Below, in pieces: positions 11,088-24,799 of a DNA stretch of 64,000 nucleotides. The stretch is from Anthoceros angustus (Eukaryota > Plantae > Anthocerotophyta), in assembly GCA_010909165.1 (NCBI GenBank), contig MU008159.1:1364001-1428000 (forward strand), read 5' to 3'. Numbering within the stretch: position 1 is the stretch's first letter; the number at the start of each line of letters is the position of its first letter. Position numbers and translations under genes: made by a program. The notes below the pieces were generated by a model that made no database searches, was not told the origin of the DNA, and worked only from the letters and a program-made list of their open reading frames with translations.

Positions 11088-11912
11088 TCAACGTGACATA
11101 CCCATGGTCTGAGCAGGAAGATATTTATCATAGCAGTTGAGAGCCAGGTCTATGCAGCGCATCCACTGGTAGACTTCAGAGTTTGGATCCATCTCCTCCT
11201 CTGTTGCAAAACAGCGAAAACTTTTCCATCAGCTGTCTGCAGGTCTCTCGCTTGTCCGACGCTGTCTAGTCGGGAAGTAAACTTACGGATTGACACGACC
11301 GTGATCTGTGTCTGGCCCCGGAAGCTGGTGACACGTCCTTGGACTCTAAGAAGTCGTCCAAACCTCACCTGCTTAAGGCTAAGGCACTCACCTCATCAGA
11401 GACAAACTAACAAGTGAACACACCAAACACCACTACAACACGCAATACGCACACGCTGAGACAAAATAAGGGCAATCTGCGCCTGCAACGCCAACTCCAC
11501 ACTCCTGCTGCTGTAAGCTTGCTCCCCTCCAGCGGTCATCCATAAGACGCATTCCACACAGCCACTGCCATCATCCACTGCAACAACAAACCTACCTCAA
11601 AACAACCGCTTCTTAACCCTTGTTTATTACAGAAACTCCTGAGGGTGGAGAGAGGTACATGTGAAGCGCACATACCGCTCCCGCCGTTCCAAGGCCGCCA
11701 CCAGGCCTACCATCTCCACCTTGCGTACAAGCCGGCCGTTCCTCACAAAACTCCCTACCCCACCGCACGCACTGCAGTCAGACCAAGGAAACTCCTTCTT
11801 GCTGGCGTTGCATGCACTGACGACGAGCACTCATGCAACAACCTGGCTGCTCCGGCACAGCCCGGAGGCTCAGGAAGTCGGATGCCAGCAGGCACACATG
11901 GACGCCTTCCAT
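11088..11912 (-). CDS. STN1: CST complex subunit STN1 (telomere OB-fold protein); exons 11912-11843, 11754-11659, 11577-11453, 11368-11287, 11203-11088 (162 aa)
   Basis: HVCLLASDFLSL, VRKVEMVGLVAA, FTLDDGSGCVECVLW, VRFGRLLRVQGRVTSFRGQTQITV, EMDPNSEVYQWMRCIDL parallel Arabidopsis STN1 (VDDGTGCVTCVMW, VRGRVGSYRGVMQIT, ERDPNAEILHW). Phases are consistent; the 3' end could extend via a gtatgt donor near 11100. Confidence 0.88.
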
Positions 11913-11995
11913 GCGTGCGCTGCGATGGCCGCGCGAATGAAGGAAAGAAGGAAGCGACGATTTGCTGTACGAGGATTTGTTGAGCAAGGAGCAAT

Positions 11996-13076
11996 TTAGG
12001 TGTTGTTATTAAGGAATGATAAATCAGCGGCCGTGTACAAATGGTTGGGGGAAGCAAGGAGGTCGGGCGAGGGCGAGTTGACGGCGGGCGAGCCGGATGC
12101 CGATGCCGATGCCGAGAGATCGTGATAGTCGGCGAAGCTGAGGGGCGCGGTGGTGGCCTGCTGCGACGTGTATTTACCACCGTAGTGCGGATCCGTGAGG
12201 CTGGGCTGCTGGGACATGCGCAGAAAATCCCCGGCGTTGGTCTTCTTGTTCATGAGCACCAGGCCGCACGCGGACTTGCTGAGGAAGTAGCGGGTGCTGC
12301 CCCCTAGATGGCGGTCCAGGATGATCCAGGTGGCCTGCAGCTCCCCCGCCTCCCGCACCACCACGCTCTTGAGCGGGTGGCCTGCCGTGATGCGCACCTC
12401 CATGTTCAGCTGCAACCCAGCAGCAGTCAGGTAAGCACGCAAGCAGGGAAGGTTCGAGGAAGGAAGGAAGGAGCGGAGTGCAAGGCAAAGCAATGCAATG
12501 CCCTCCAATGAATGCCGTACATACCCCCTTCTTCTGGCAGTAGAGGCGGCGGGCCAGGAGCTTCTTCTGGTACTCCAGAAGGCGCTGGGCGATCTCGTGC
12601 TCCAGGACGCGAGGGTTGACGCCGCTGAAGCCGTTGATGTCGGCCAGGACGTCCATGCCCAGGGGGCTCTTGATCTTGGTGATGACGCCCAGCACAACAA
12701 GCGTGTCCCCGGCCCACAGGTCCATGTGCAGGAGGCCCCAGTCCACCGCCTCGAACGTGAGCTTCCTGGTGGCGTCGAAGGCGGCCACCACCGTGTGGGA
12801 GGCCGAGTCCCCGCAGTGCGAGATGACCACGCTCGACATGGTGTGCAGGGACGGAGCCTCCTTGCTGCGCCCGTTCCCGTTCCCGTTACTGCTGGAGCGG
12901 AAGCGGAACTTGCCGGACGGGGCGGACGGGCCCAGCCGGGACAGCAAGGAGCGCATGGAGAAGCGGGACGGGGAGGAGCCTGCGCTGCCCGGAGATGGCG
13001 TCCTGGCTGCGCCCTTGTGCGCCGGGGGCGCCCCCGCCTCCTCCGTCTTGAGCTTTTCTGGGAAGAACTTGATCAT
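11996..13076 (-). CDS. USP-like (adenine nucleotide alpha-hydrolase-like) domain protein, paralog 1, no kinase domain seen; exons 13076-12525, 12409-11996
   Basis: VVAAFDATRKLTFEAVDWGL...GDTLVVLGVI...EVRITAGHPLKSVVVREAGELQATWIILDRHL...RYFL resembles the N-terminal USP-like domain of plant receptor-like cytoplasmic kinases. The true start is uncertain because homology to paralog 2 extends upstream of this ATG. Confidence 0.78.
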
Positions 13077-13152
13077 GTCCTCCTCCTCCAGTCTCGGGAA
13101 GCTTGGCTCCTCCCAGCAGTTTTCTGCAACACGGGCGGGTTGTAAAGGAACC

Positions 13153-16100
13153 TCAGCTGCTGCTGCTGCTCACTCTGCTGTTCCTGCTTGGGATGTGTGG
13201 CAGGATATGGAAAACAAGAGCAGGCAAGCTTACCCAGACGCTGTGAGGAACTGTAGCTGCGTGAGTGATGGGTTGCTTCCTCGCCACTCGTCAATAGCCT
13301 GGGACCAGATCAGCAAGTCTGAGACTGTCATCTCTTCTCCACTGATGGAAATCGACGCACAGGCAGGGCAGGTTTGTGGCAGCAATGTGCTTGAGAGGGG
13401 GTGAGGTAATGCGAACCTTTGAGCCTCAAGTGGAGCATCCTGCTGGTCTGGGAAGAAATCTCTCTTAGGACTGGTGCCCTCTTTTCTGTCAAAACCCGAG
13501 GCAGGAAACATGGTAAGGCTGGATTGTAGTCAGGAGGGATGCTAAGTCTCTCCCTCTCTAATGAAGCATGAATCATACCTTTCAGAAGGAGTTGCAGCCC
13601 ACTGCTGGACACTGCCGTTGATCGTAACATCTGAAGAGTCCTCCCTGAAATGAAAAACACAGGCAGACCAGTGGTTGAGGGATCGGGGAACAGGTATAGG
13701 TGGTCACGCACATAACGCCCGACTGCAACTGCTTGTTGGGTACGGAGCTGGTCAGAACCTTTGCGGTGAAGTGTGGGGCGTACTGGAATCTTCTGTGTTG
13801 TTAGTATCGTCCCTAACAGTGTTGTCTATGTCCATGTCTGACTGGCCGGCTTTCTTTCCCTCCTCTGTTGGCGCGCTGCTATGTACTTTTGCATCTGTTG
13901 CCCCTTCCTGCTGGGCATCTCGGGCATGCTCGATGTACATGGGGCTTGCAACTTCCCTACATGACCATGGAGCCAGAGTACTAAGTATGATACTCGACAG
14001 GGGCACTACTGTTGCTCTTTGAGGATTACTTGTGGGCATACCCGGTGGCACCATACCTGTCAGGTGAAGGTGGAACTGCTCTGTCTACTTCGTTGAAGGG
14101 TAGTGCTGAGTGGGCACAGTCGTTCTCATTTCTGCTGAAATACGCCTTCATGGATCTGATCATGCTGCAGAACCAGTTTTTGTCCTATGAGGGCATGTCG
14201 TAACTGCCCACCCCACAGTTCCTCTCCAAGACTCACGCATGGGAAGTACGACAACCGGGGCGTGCAATCACATACCTTGCTGGTAAAAGTTGTACCAAGA
14301 ACCAGGTGATCGTCCACACAATGGGCACCGAGGGTATGCTCTCCGTCATAGCCCCGTTGTTGGGACTCCTTGAAGACTCCACCACAAGGGCCAGCATCAA
14401 AAAAATCCAGGCACATGGGGTGGACATCCAGGCCAGGAAACCTGCCACTCAGCTGCTTCAGTCACGCTGCTTCACAAGAGGCTCCATGATAGCTGGCCAA
14501 TGACTCCGCATCCTAGCGGTCTACTGGTACCTGTAATCGCAAGACTATGAATAGGTTGCTGCAGCTGAAGCGATGTGCCTTGGCTTCTAACCACGAGGGA
14601 GTAGCCATCTTGAGAAATTGTTTTGGCCGCAAACATTGTCAATGAGTTTGATCTGTCAAGACCATCTTCAGGCAATGTTGCTACCAGCACCTCTGATTCC
14701 CTAGCACGCTGAACATGTAGCCAATCTCTCACTTTTGCAGCCTAGAAGTAATGACAGCTCTGGACTACCTACCACTCACTCCAGGACCTCACTCGTCTCT
14801 ACTTGAACATCACAAAGGGCGTTGGACATCTTTAAAACAGTATTCATATGAACTGAAAATCGATAGCGTCCGCTTGTTTCCTACCTCGGTCCCTGGCCAA
14901 AACACCTCCAAGGGTGTCGACTTGTTTCCAGCCGTTACGGCCGTTATCTTGGACCCTCTTAAGTGCTGGCCTTTGATTGAAACCATCCCTGAGCCCCACA
15001 CACAAGTTTGTTCAGAACTCAAATCAAGTAAATTCGACTTTAAGGCACGATCGACTAAGTTCCGGCACATACTGTCATTGATGTATGACACCTCGTGGAT
15101 CTGAGGAACTCTGTGCGCCTGCTCGAACTTCAGTAGCCTCAAATTCTCACCTGCCCAACACCACAGACGGGGAGAAGAAATCGATCAGGATACATGATAC
15201 AGGATACATACAACTTTTGGATTCCCAACAGCAAAGCAAGCTTCCCTGCTTTGTAGAGCTTACCGCACTTGAAAAAAATGCCCCAGCTCTCAATCTGAAG
15301 GGTGCTGGTCTCGTCCACATCAATGCACCTCCACAGTAACTTCGTGAGATGTTCAAAAACACCCTCCTGTACAAGAACTTTGGTCCCAAGAAGGGCACCC
15401 GCGCCCGACAATATTTGTAGCTCGTCGTGTTGAAGATTTTCTTGCCTTATGTTGTCCATGAAGTGCTGCAGGTGTCGGTTTCCCCTCGCTCCCATGTCCA
15501 GAATGATGCGGGCTTTAACTTCCACGATCTCATACTTCGCTCTTGATGCTGAGGTTGCCTGTGCGAGCCTCAACTCAGTCGGGTTCTTTCGCGAAACGCT
15601 GTCAGGCGTCCTGTCAATCAACCATCTCTGCAGTGCTTCATTCAATGGTTGGTTCAGGGACCGGCTGTGGTTGCAGGCTGTCACAGTGTCGTCCTCGGGT
15701 AAGGCAAACCACCTGCATCTGGGGAACATCCTCTCGCAGAGCCATGCCATTGTTGCTATCAGAACATGAGCTAATAGAGTGGAGTCTGCCATGCTGCTGC
15801 TGGCTCTCCGTTTCCCCACTACATGAATTTCAACCTCCTGTCATTAGCTCCGGACAAAGATTCGAGAGCGAAGGAACGTTGTGGGGCACAGTAGAGTAGC
15901 CCATTGTGCGAGTTCTGGTCACGACTCTACTAATGCTCCAGCTAAGCTGCATCTCAAAGTGCAACTCGAACGACAGCGGCTGCCAGCCTTACGTGAAGCA
16001 TCATATAATCCCACACCAGATGAATCTCATCCCAACAACAATCAATTGGTTGACGCGATTTCACAATCCTGTTTCCAGGGCAAGTGCACCCACCACACAG

Positions 16101-16990
16101 AATTCATGAACCTTTGCTGGCACATATTCTGGGACGTCATAGGCAATGTTCACATCTGGATGTTTCCAGAAGCTGGAAGAAAAGCTAGGAAGTGGTGTTG
16201 CTTACCTAGTTTGTCAGGGAACTGGTGTAAAACAAAAGTCGCTTGGGTCACAGACCACGATGATTCTGAAGGAGTGTGATGTCAAAATCGGGTTATATTC
16301 GGGGCATATCCTACTTGAGCTCGGAATCAGAGGGATGCTTTTAGCGCTGGGATGGAGGCACATCGTACAATTTATGAAAAGCAGAGTCTCCAAAAACGCA
16401 AACGTTGTTTGTAGTTTCTCGAGGAAAAGGCCCCTTCTAGACCTCCTCATTTCTGTTGAGCTGCCTAGAGTCTCGAGATAAACATGGCCTTGACCAGTAA
16501 GAATATATTTGATCTTCTGTGCGTCTGTGATGCAGGTTGACGGGTGGGTTCTGATTCCACACCTCAACGCTGTCTTTAACTAGGGGATCCACTTTTGCTC
16601 AAATCGTGGCCAACCAGAACCGCTCACCAGAGCCAGACATTTGAGAATCTTCCTGTTTCTGTCTGGATTCCTTCTGATTCCACGATTCCCCACACTAATT
16701 CTGCATATTTATAAGGGGGAGGTCCTGTTGCACGTACCTATTTCCTCATCCACGATGCCCGCCCTTCTCCTAAGGGCCCCCAAGAGAGCCTCAATTTGGC
16801 ATTCGAGTGTGAGACAGTGAGACCCAGGTTGAACTTAGTCTGCAAAGGAGTGGGGTGTGCGGTCTTCCAAGAGGCTCCCCTCGTCCAGGAGGACTTTGGG
16901 GTTAGGAACCCCCTTGATCGGCACAATATCGATCTTGTCACAACCGTTGTCAGATCACAGAGGGACTCCATCTGACAGGGTGGTATAGCA
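13153..16990 (-). CDS. Unidentified multi-exon protein-coding gene (boundaries approximate)
   Basis: A phase-consistent chain of canonical GT-AG exons: ...-14276, 14184-14057, 13980-13759, 13644-13579, 13518-13417, 13341-13234, with 60-114 nt introns like the neighbouring genes. There is also a large open exon (ORF 15139-15819) and further donor/acceptor-bounded segments up to ~16990. No family recognised. Confidence 0.6.
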
Positions 16991-17138
16991 AAGACCGCCT
17001 TTATCGAAAAGCGAAACTTGATCACAATCCTAAACCTAAATCCTGTACACCAAATGCAACATGTCCAAAATGCTGTTGCTTCAAGGTCAGCAGGACGCGT
17101 CACCTACAGTCAGTAAGTTAATGACAGCCAGAGCTGTG

Positions 17139-18261
17139 TCATTCTTCGTCGGTGAAGGAGCAAAAGGAATTGCAAGATATCTCTGAGCAGTCAGCAGACA
17201 AGCAGGGGTTGAAAGATTCAGACTTGATGGGTGACCGGTTGCTGACGTAGCCAAAACTATCTTGGTGCTCTAGCTTCATCTCGTGACTCTGCGACAGGCC
17301 GTCCTCCACGGCCGTTGTAGAATGGGAAAGAGTAGAGATCCGGAGAAAGTTGCCACAATCAGATCGCTTCTCCATGAGGACCAGACTGCACTCTAATCTG
17401 TCCATGAAATATCTTTTCTGCCCTCCCAGGTGCCAGTCCAAGATAATCCAAGTGGCATGAAGCAGCATAGCCTCCCTCACCACCACCTTCCTAAGCGGAT
17501 GGCCAGCAGTGATCCGGACCTCCAGATTGAACTGCACAAAGCAACAACAAAGCAAGCCACTTCTCAATCAAGGAGTTCTCAAGTGGTTGGTTCTACCAAC
17601 TTTGGGTAAGCTTTCACAACCCCATAGCTGTAGGCAGCAGGACCCAATTCCAACTAACCTACTAGGCATCACCAGCAGCAGTAGTGAGGGAAAGAGAGAT
17701 TACCCCTTTCTTCTCGCAGTAAAGCCGACGGGCTTGCAGCCTCTTCTGATATTCACTCAATCGTGAACTGATTTCATGCTCAAGCACCATTTGATTTACT
17801 CCTCTAAATCCATTGAAGTCGGGTAAGATGTCCACACCAAGAGGACTCTTGATTTTGGTGATCACGCCCAAAATCACAATCGTGTCCCCGGGTTGGAGAA
17901 TATGCAGGAGTCCCCAGTCCACAGCCTCGAAAGTGAGCTTCTTGGTTGCATCGACCACTGCAACAACAACCTGCGACAAGATGCCTGAACTGCAGGAAAC
18001 TTCGCCAAAGCTCGAAATGCTATGGGTGGACCTGGAACCCGCCGTGGAGGAGCGGCTGCTTCGCATGCTGTCGGAGCCCTCCAATTTTTTCTTCCTCGGT
18101 TTCATTCCTATCAGCGAAGCCAAAGTGTGAAGACTGCCGTGGCCGGCATGCTCCACATTGGTAGGTGGAGGAATGTGGCTGCTCCGCTCCGGAAAGAATT
18201 TCCGCAAATCCTCCTCCTCCAAGCTTGGAAAACTGGCCTGACAGGGCAAAGCTTCCGCCAT
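17139..18261 (-). CDS. USP-like domain protein, paralog 2, no kinase domain seen; exons 18261-17704, 17531-17139 (316 aa)
   Basis: VVVAVVDATKKLTFEAVDWGLLHILQPGDTIVILGVITKIKSPLG...EVRITAGHPLRKVVVREA...ATWIILDWHLGGQKRYFMDRLEC. The phase-0 intron after KKG is in the same position as in paralog 1. Confidence 0.8.
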
Positions 18262-18797
18262 AACCCAACATGCAATAGCCTAAAATCCCTAGACATAGAA
18301 TGAAAATGGCCGTCACGGACGCATCCTGATCCGCCCCAGCGACACACACTTCTCTCCGGGACGAAAGCGACCTCCACGCACTAAGCTGACATCTGACAGC
18401 TTCCGAATTACGCTACGCTGCAGTACAGAATTCGTCTCGGCCTTTGACGGCTCGGACAAGTTTGCTCCCAGGAAACCGGAGCAGCGTACAGGGCAGCAGG
18501 GTTTCGCCGGGATCGCCTTGCTGGACAAGATCATATGGCATATGCGAAGCGCGCGGGCATATCCACAAAACATATCCAGGCAACGCATACTTTCACAAAA
18601 CCTAAAAGAACAACCAAATGAAACTGTGCCCTGGTCTCGCTGGAGCAAGTTCCCGACATACAACTCCAGGGGGTGGGACCCTGCCTGCAGGTCTGCTGCT
18701 CCCGGGTCTGGCCCATATCATACATTTGTGCTCCTCCAAATTCCCCTGGTCATGAATATCTGCTTGGATATTTCTGGAGCACACCTCTCCGTCGCAC

Positions 18798-18894
18798 GAC
18801 TCTCCCAGAGTGAAACGCTTTCCACCGGCATGGTCTAGAAGAATCTGGTCTTCGCAAGACTGTCCCAGAGTGCAAAGCTTTCCACAGGCATGGT

Positions 18895-18913
<19 letters not shown>
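18798..18913. repeat. 60 bp tandem duplication covering the centrin stop codon and start of the 3' UTR
   Basis: cccagagtg.aa.gctttccac.ggcatggtctagaa..a.ctggtcttc occurs at period 60. Confidence 0.85.
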
Positions 18914-20245
<1,332 letters not shown>

Positions 20246-20382
20246 GGTTGAAGTGGTTGAAGCTCTGGCACTGCTATGCTCAACCTCTCCAAGCAAGTAA
20301 AGATTGCTGTGAACACTTAGAATGAGTGATGGATATAAGATATGCCGTATGAGAACTTGGAGCAAGATGACCCTGGAAACTT

Positions 20383-20458
20383 CTAGCAAGAAGAACCAGT
20401 TTTGGATGGGATTGGGACGTCTAGCAAGAAGCACCAGTTTTGGATGGGATTGGGACGT
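20383..20458. repeat. 38 bp x2 tandem repeat upstream of the centrin ATG (also present in the duplicate near 22365-22443)
   Basis: ctagcaagaag(a/c)accagttttggatgggattgggacgt occurs twice. Confidence 0.85.
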
Positions 20459-21885
20459 CAAGTCAAGATGCGGTAGTTTCGGCGTTCTATCAAGTTGGTA
20501 GCGGTTAGACACAATTTCCACTTATATAGGAAAATATTGCTATCGTAGGAGCCACCGGTTTTGGACACCCTAATGTCGAATAATTAATTTTTTGAAAAAA
20601 GAAATTTCAACTTGTATGAGTTTATTATTTTAGTTTTTAATTAAAATATATAATAATTTTATATGTTTATATTATATTAAATAATAATAATATACCTTCC
20701 TATATAATTTTATAATGCTTTATAAATCATTAATGAATAGAAAAGACCACAAATAAATAAATAATCTCTTTTATCTATAAACCTAATTAACACCATGACT
20801 TTTAAAAGTGGCTCATACGTAGGCTCATAACGTAATTTTAATAATATTATTTTATATTTTTCCTTCTCTATTCTAGACAACATCATCTTAGAAGCGGTAG
20901 GTAGCTTAGGGGTAGATAATAGGGGGCTAGTCACCTTTGCTTAGGGCCCCCTAGACATGGGGTAGTCACCTTCGCCTAGGGTCCTTTAGAGGGTTGTTCT
21001 TGATTGCCCTGTTGTAGATTCCTTTAGAGGGTTGTTCTCTATCGCCCTGTTGTAGATAGGACTTCCCATCTTTGCATATTTATAAAGTCTCGACATACAT
21101 CATTTTTATATTAATGAAAACGTGGAGACTTTATAAACACGCAGAGATGGAAGCCCATCTACAACAGGGCGATCCAGAACAACCCTCTAGGAGCCCAAGC
21201 AAAGCCAACTAACCCCAATTGTATTACATTCATTGTTTTGATTGATGAACATACATAGTTAAATACTATATTTTTCATTTCATCCTACTTAGGGGTCTGA
21301 TAAGGCGATCAAGTGGGCAGTTTGGTGGGTCCGCTAAAGTCGTGATTGGAGGTGCCTGATCACAGCTTGATCGGCTCACAAAAAGAAAAAAAATTCAAGT
21401 TGGTCATAACGCTCCAACCATGGAGAAGGAAAAGTTAACCATTTTTTGAACCGCACATGCTCTAAGTCAAGTGGATATGTTAAATACTAAATGTTAAATA
21501 TTGAACATGGAGAAGGAGAAGTTACTCGTTTTTAGAGCCGCACATGCTCTAGGTTAAGTGGTCATGTTAAACACTACATGTTAAACACTAAACATGTCTG
21601 AGCATGAGTTTTAGAAGCCCATTGAGGCCTAACTATTAGAAGCCTATTCGCGGGCATAAGTGTAAGAAGCCGAAGGTGCCTCAAAACTATATCAACTACG
21701 ATAATCCACAAGATATGTGCATTATATTTTACTCAAAAGTTTCAAACAAAGATTTAATAAAATTTTGTTATATAAATTTTAAATTATATAAATTAATTAA
21801 ATAAAATTATATTGTATGATTGCAAAACCAAGTTAAAAACCAAGGTGGAGACTTCATAAACGGAAGACATGGGAAAACCCATCCG

Positions 21886-22232
21886 CTTGGGCGGCCTTTG
21901 TTCTTCTCACGTTTACCACCGATTGCCTTGCGGTAGCTCTGAGAGGATCAAAAGGAGACCATTAGGGGCAGATAGCAGACAGGTGCAGGTTACAAGGCTT
22001 TCCAGTTCCTCTCCCACTCCGGGACGGGCTCCAGATTTCTCGCATTCTGGTTCTACCCTGACATGGACTACCACCACGTCTCCTTCACTCGCATATGCAC
22101 TACCTTGAGTGCTTCTCACGTGAGAACCAAGTTCTAACTTACAAGCAATTACCTCATTTCACACACACTGACAACAGCTTGGAACTTACAAACTCTGGAA
22201 TCCGAGGATTTCACTACCAGTGTGCTCACCAT
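21886..22232 (-). pseudogene. 3'-truncated centrin copy (ATG exon, intron 1, part of exon 2)
   Basis: Duplicate of 19895-20245; the sequence stops after ...EKNKGR at the duplication junction. Confidence 0.7.
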
Positions 22233-23869
22233 GGTTGAAGTGGTTGAAGCTCTGGCACTGCTATGCTCAACCTCTCCAAGCAAGTAAAGATTGCTGTGAA
22301 CACTTAGAATGAGTGATGGATATAAGATATGCCGTATGAGAACTTGGAGCAAGATGACCTGGAAACTTCTAGCAAGAAGAACCAGTTTTGGATGGGATTG
22401 GGACGTCTAGCAAGAAGCACCAGTTTTGGATGGGATTGGGACGTCAAGTCAAGATGCGGTAGTTTCGGCGTTCTATCAAGTTGGTAGCGGTTAGACACAA
22501 TTTCCACTTATATAGGAAAATATTGCTATCGTAGGAGCCACCGGTTTTGGACACCCTAATGTCGAATAATTAATTTTTTGAAAAAAGAAATTTCAACTTG
22601 TATGAGTTTATTATTTTAGTTTTTTAATTAAAAATATATAATAATTTTTTATATGTTTATATTATATTAAATAATAATAATATACCTTCCTATATAATTT
22701 TATAATGCTTTATAAATCATTAATGAATAGAAAAGACCACAAATAAATAAATAATCTCTTTTATCTATAAACCTAATTAACACCATGACTTTTAAAAGTG
22801 GCTCATAACGTAGGCTCATAACGTAATTTTAATAATATTATTTTATATTTTTCCTTCTCTATTCTAGACAACATCATCTTAGAAGCGGTAGGTAGCTTAG
22901 GGGTAGATAATAGGGGGCTAGTCACCTTTGCTTAGGGCCCCCTAGACATGGGGTAGTCACCTTCGCCTAGGGTCCTTTAGAGGGTTGTTCTTGATTGCCC
23001 TGTAGATTCTTTAGAGGGTTGTTCTGTTGTAGATAGGACTTCCATCTTTGCATATTTATAAAGTCTCGACATACATCATTTTTATATTAATGAAAACGTG
23101 GAGACTTTATAAACACGCAGATGGAAGCCCATCTACAATGGCGATCCGTAACAACCTCTAGGAGCCCAAGCAAAGCCAACTAACCCCAATTGTATTACAT
23201 TCATTGTTTTGATTGATGAACATACATAGTTAAATACTATATTTTCATTTCATCCTACTTAGGGGTCCGATAAGGCGATCAAGTGGGCGTTTGGTGGGTC
23301 CGCTAAAGTCGTGATTGAGGTGCTGATCACGCCTTGATCGGCTCACAAAAGAAAAAATTCAAGTTGGTCATAACGCTCCAACCATGGAGAAGGAAAAGTT
23401 AACCATTTTTGAACCGCACATGCTCTAAGTCAAGTGGATATGTTAAATACTAAATGTTAAATATTGAACATGGAGAAGGAGAAGTTACTGCTTTTAGAGC
23501 CGCACATGCTCTAGGTTAAGTGGTCATGTTAAACACTACATGTTAAACACTAAACATGTCCGAAAGCATGAGTTTTAGAAGCCCATTGAGGCCTAACTAT
23601 TAGAAGCCTATTCGCGGGCATAAGTGTAAGAAGTCAAGGTGCCTCAAAACTATATCAACTACGATAATCCACAAGATATGTGCATTATATTTTACTCAAA
23701 AGTTTCAAACAAAGATTTAATAAAATTTTGTTATATAAATTTTAAATTATATAAATTAATTAAATAAAATTATATTGTATGATTGCAAAACCAAGTTAAA
23801 AAACTGAAGGTGGAGACTTCATAAAACGGAAGACATGGGAAAACCCATCTGCTTGGAAGCCGATGGGGA

Positions 23870-24716
23870 ACAACCCATAAAGGGCCAAGAGCCGGGTCGA
23901 TCTCGAAACTACCAACGGCCCCAAGTATGTCGTGGTCAGAGATAAAAAAAAGGCCTACCTACGACCGGTGCCGCTGATGCCACATCTCATGCGCTTGTTG
24001 CCATTTTGTAAACAGCATTGGCCAACGCCCTCTGCAAGGGCGATGGAAACCCGTAGTCGAAAGAAAGCCACCACGAAGGAAGGGGGAGACCCACCCCGTT
24101 CCGTCGACTGTGGTAGGCTTTAGCACAATCCTTTATGAGCCGTCCGAAATCCTTGCCCATGACCCACTGGGTCTCGACAGCAAGGGGGATGAAGGCATGG
24201 CCGTCCTGCATAGGCATGTACTTGTGTACTTTGGAGTTGGGCGGCATCCCTCCGCCGCCCAACTCAGAGGGTTGATGATGACGTGCTCACAAACGGTGTC
24301 TTGAGTAGGGTCCATTACAATGCCATCCGCAACATAGATTTGATCCCCCCCTAGTCAGAAATAGATCTACCCTGAGCGACACGCCATTGCGCAGGGTATA
24401 TGGGCGCTCCCTATATGCGAGAAATCCGCTCTCCTTGGCGATTGAGAACATGACATCGCAAACGGCATCATGCATAGCAATACGTTGCCTTCCAGCTGGA
24501 CAGCGAGCCAGGTGGGACCCAAAGTCATTGAAGGGGGGCCCACAGCTATAAGATGATAGAGAATAGGCCAAAGGCTGGACCAAGCCCTCATCGCGGTAGA
24601 AAAAGAGGTTGGTGCGATTCGGAAAGTCTGGATGTATGGCCGAGCCATAAGCCAAGAGCCCGCTCCCTTCATCGAGCAAGAACGGAGGTAGGATTGAGCA
24701 GGCCAAGGAACACTAG
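23870..24716 (-). mobile_element. 3' fragment of a non-LTR retrotransposon with a restriction-like endonuclease (CRE/NeSL/R2-type)
   Basis: SCG...DFGSHLARCPAG.QRIAMHDAVCDVMFSIAKESG...RERP...RVDLFL (CCHC knuckle, RHD-like motif, PD-like motif), then FIPLAVET..MGKDF.RLI...LQRALANAV. Frameshifted; no RT domain present. Confidence 0.7.
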
Positions 24717-24799
24717 AATCTAGAAGAAGGGCCTGTTATGGTACACAGACCTTATGCCAGTATAGGTGGTGTGGGCAGGACCCGCCCATGAAGGGCGTG

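Noticed and set aside
12041-13404. Several long plus-strand and alternate-frame ORFs over USP paralog 1
   Set aside because: Shadow ORFs caused by high GC3; only the minus-strand frame is conserved with paralog 2.
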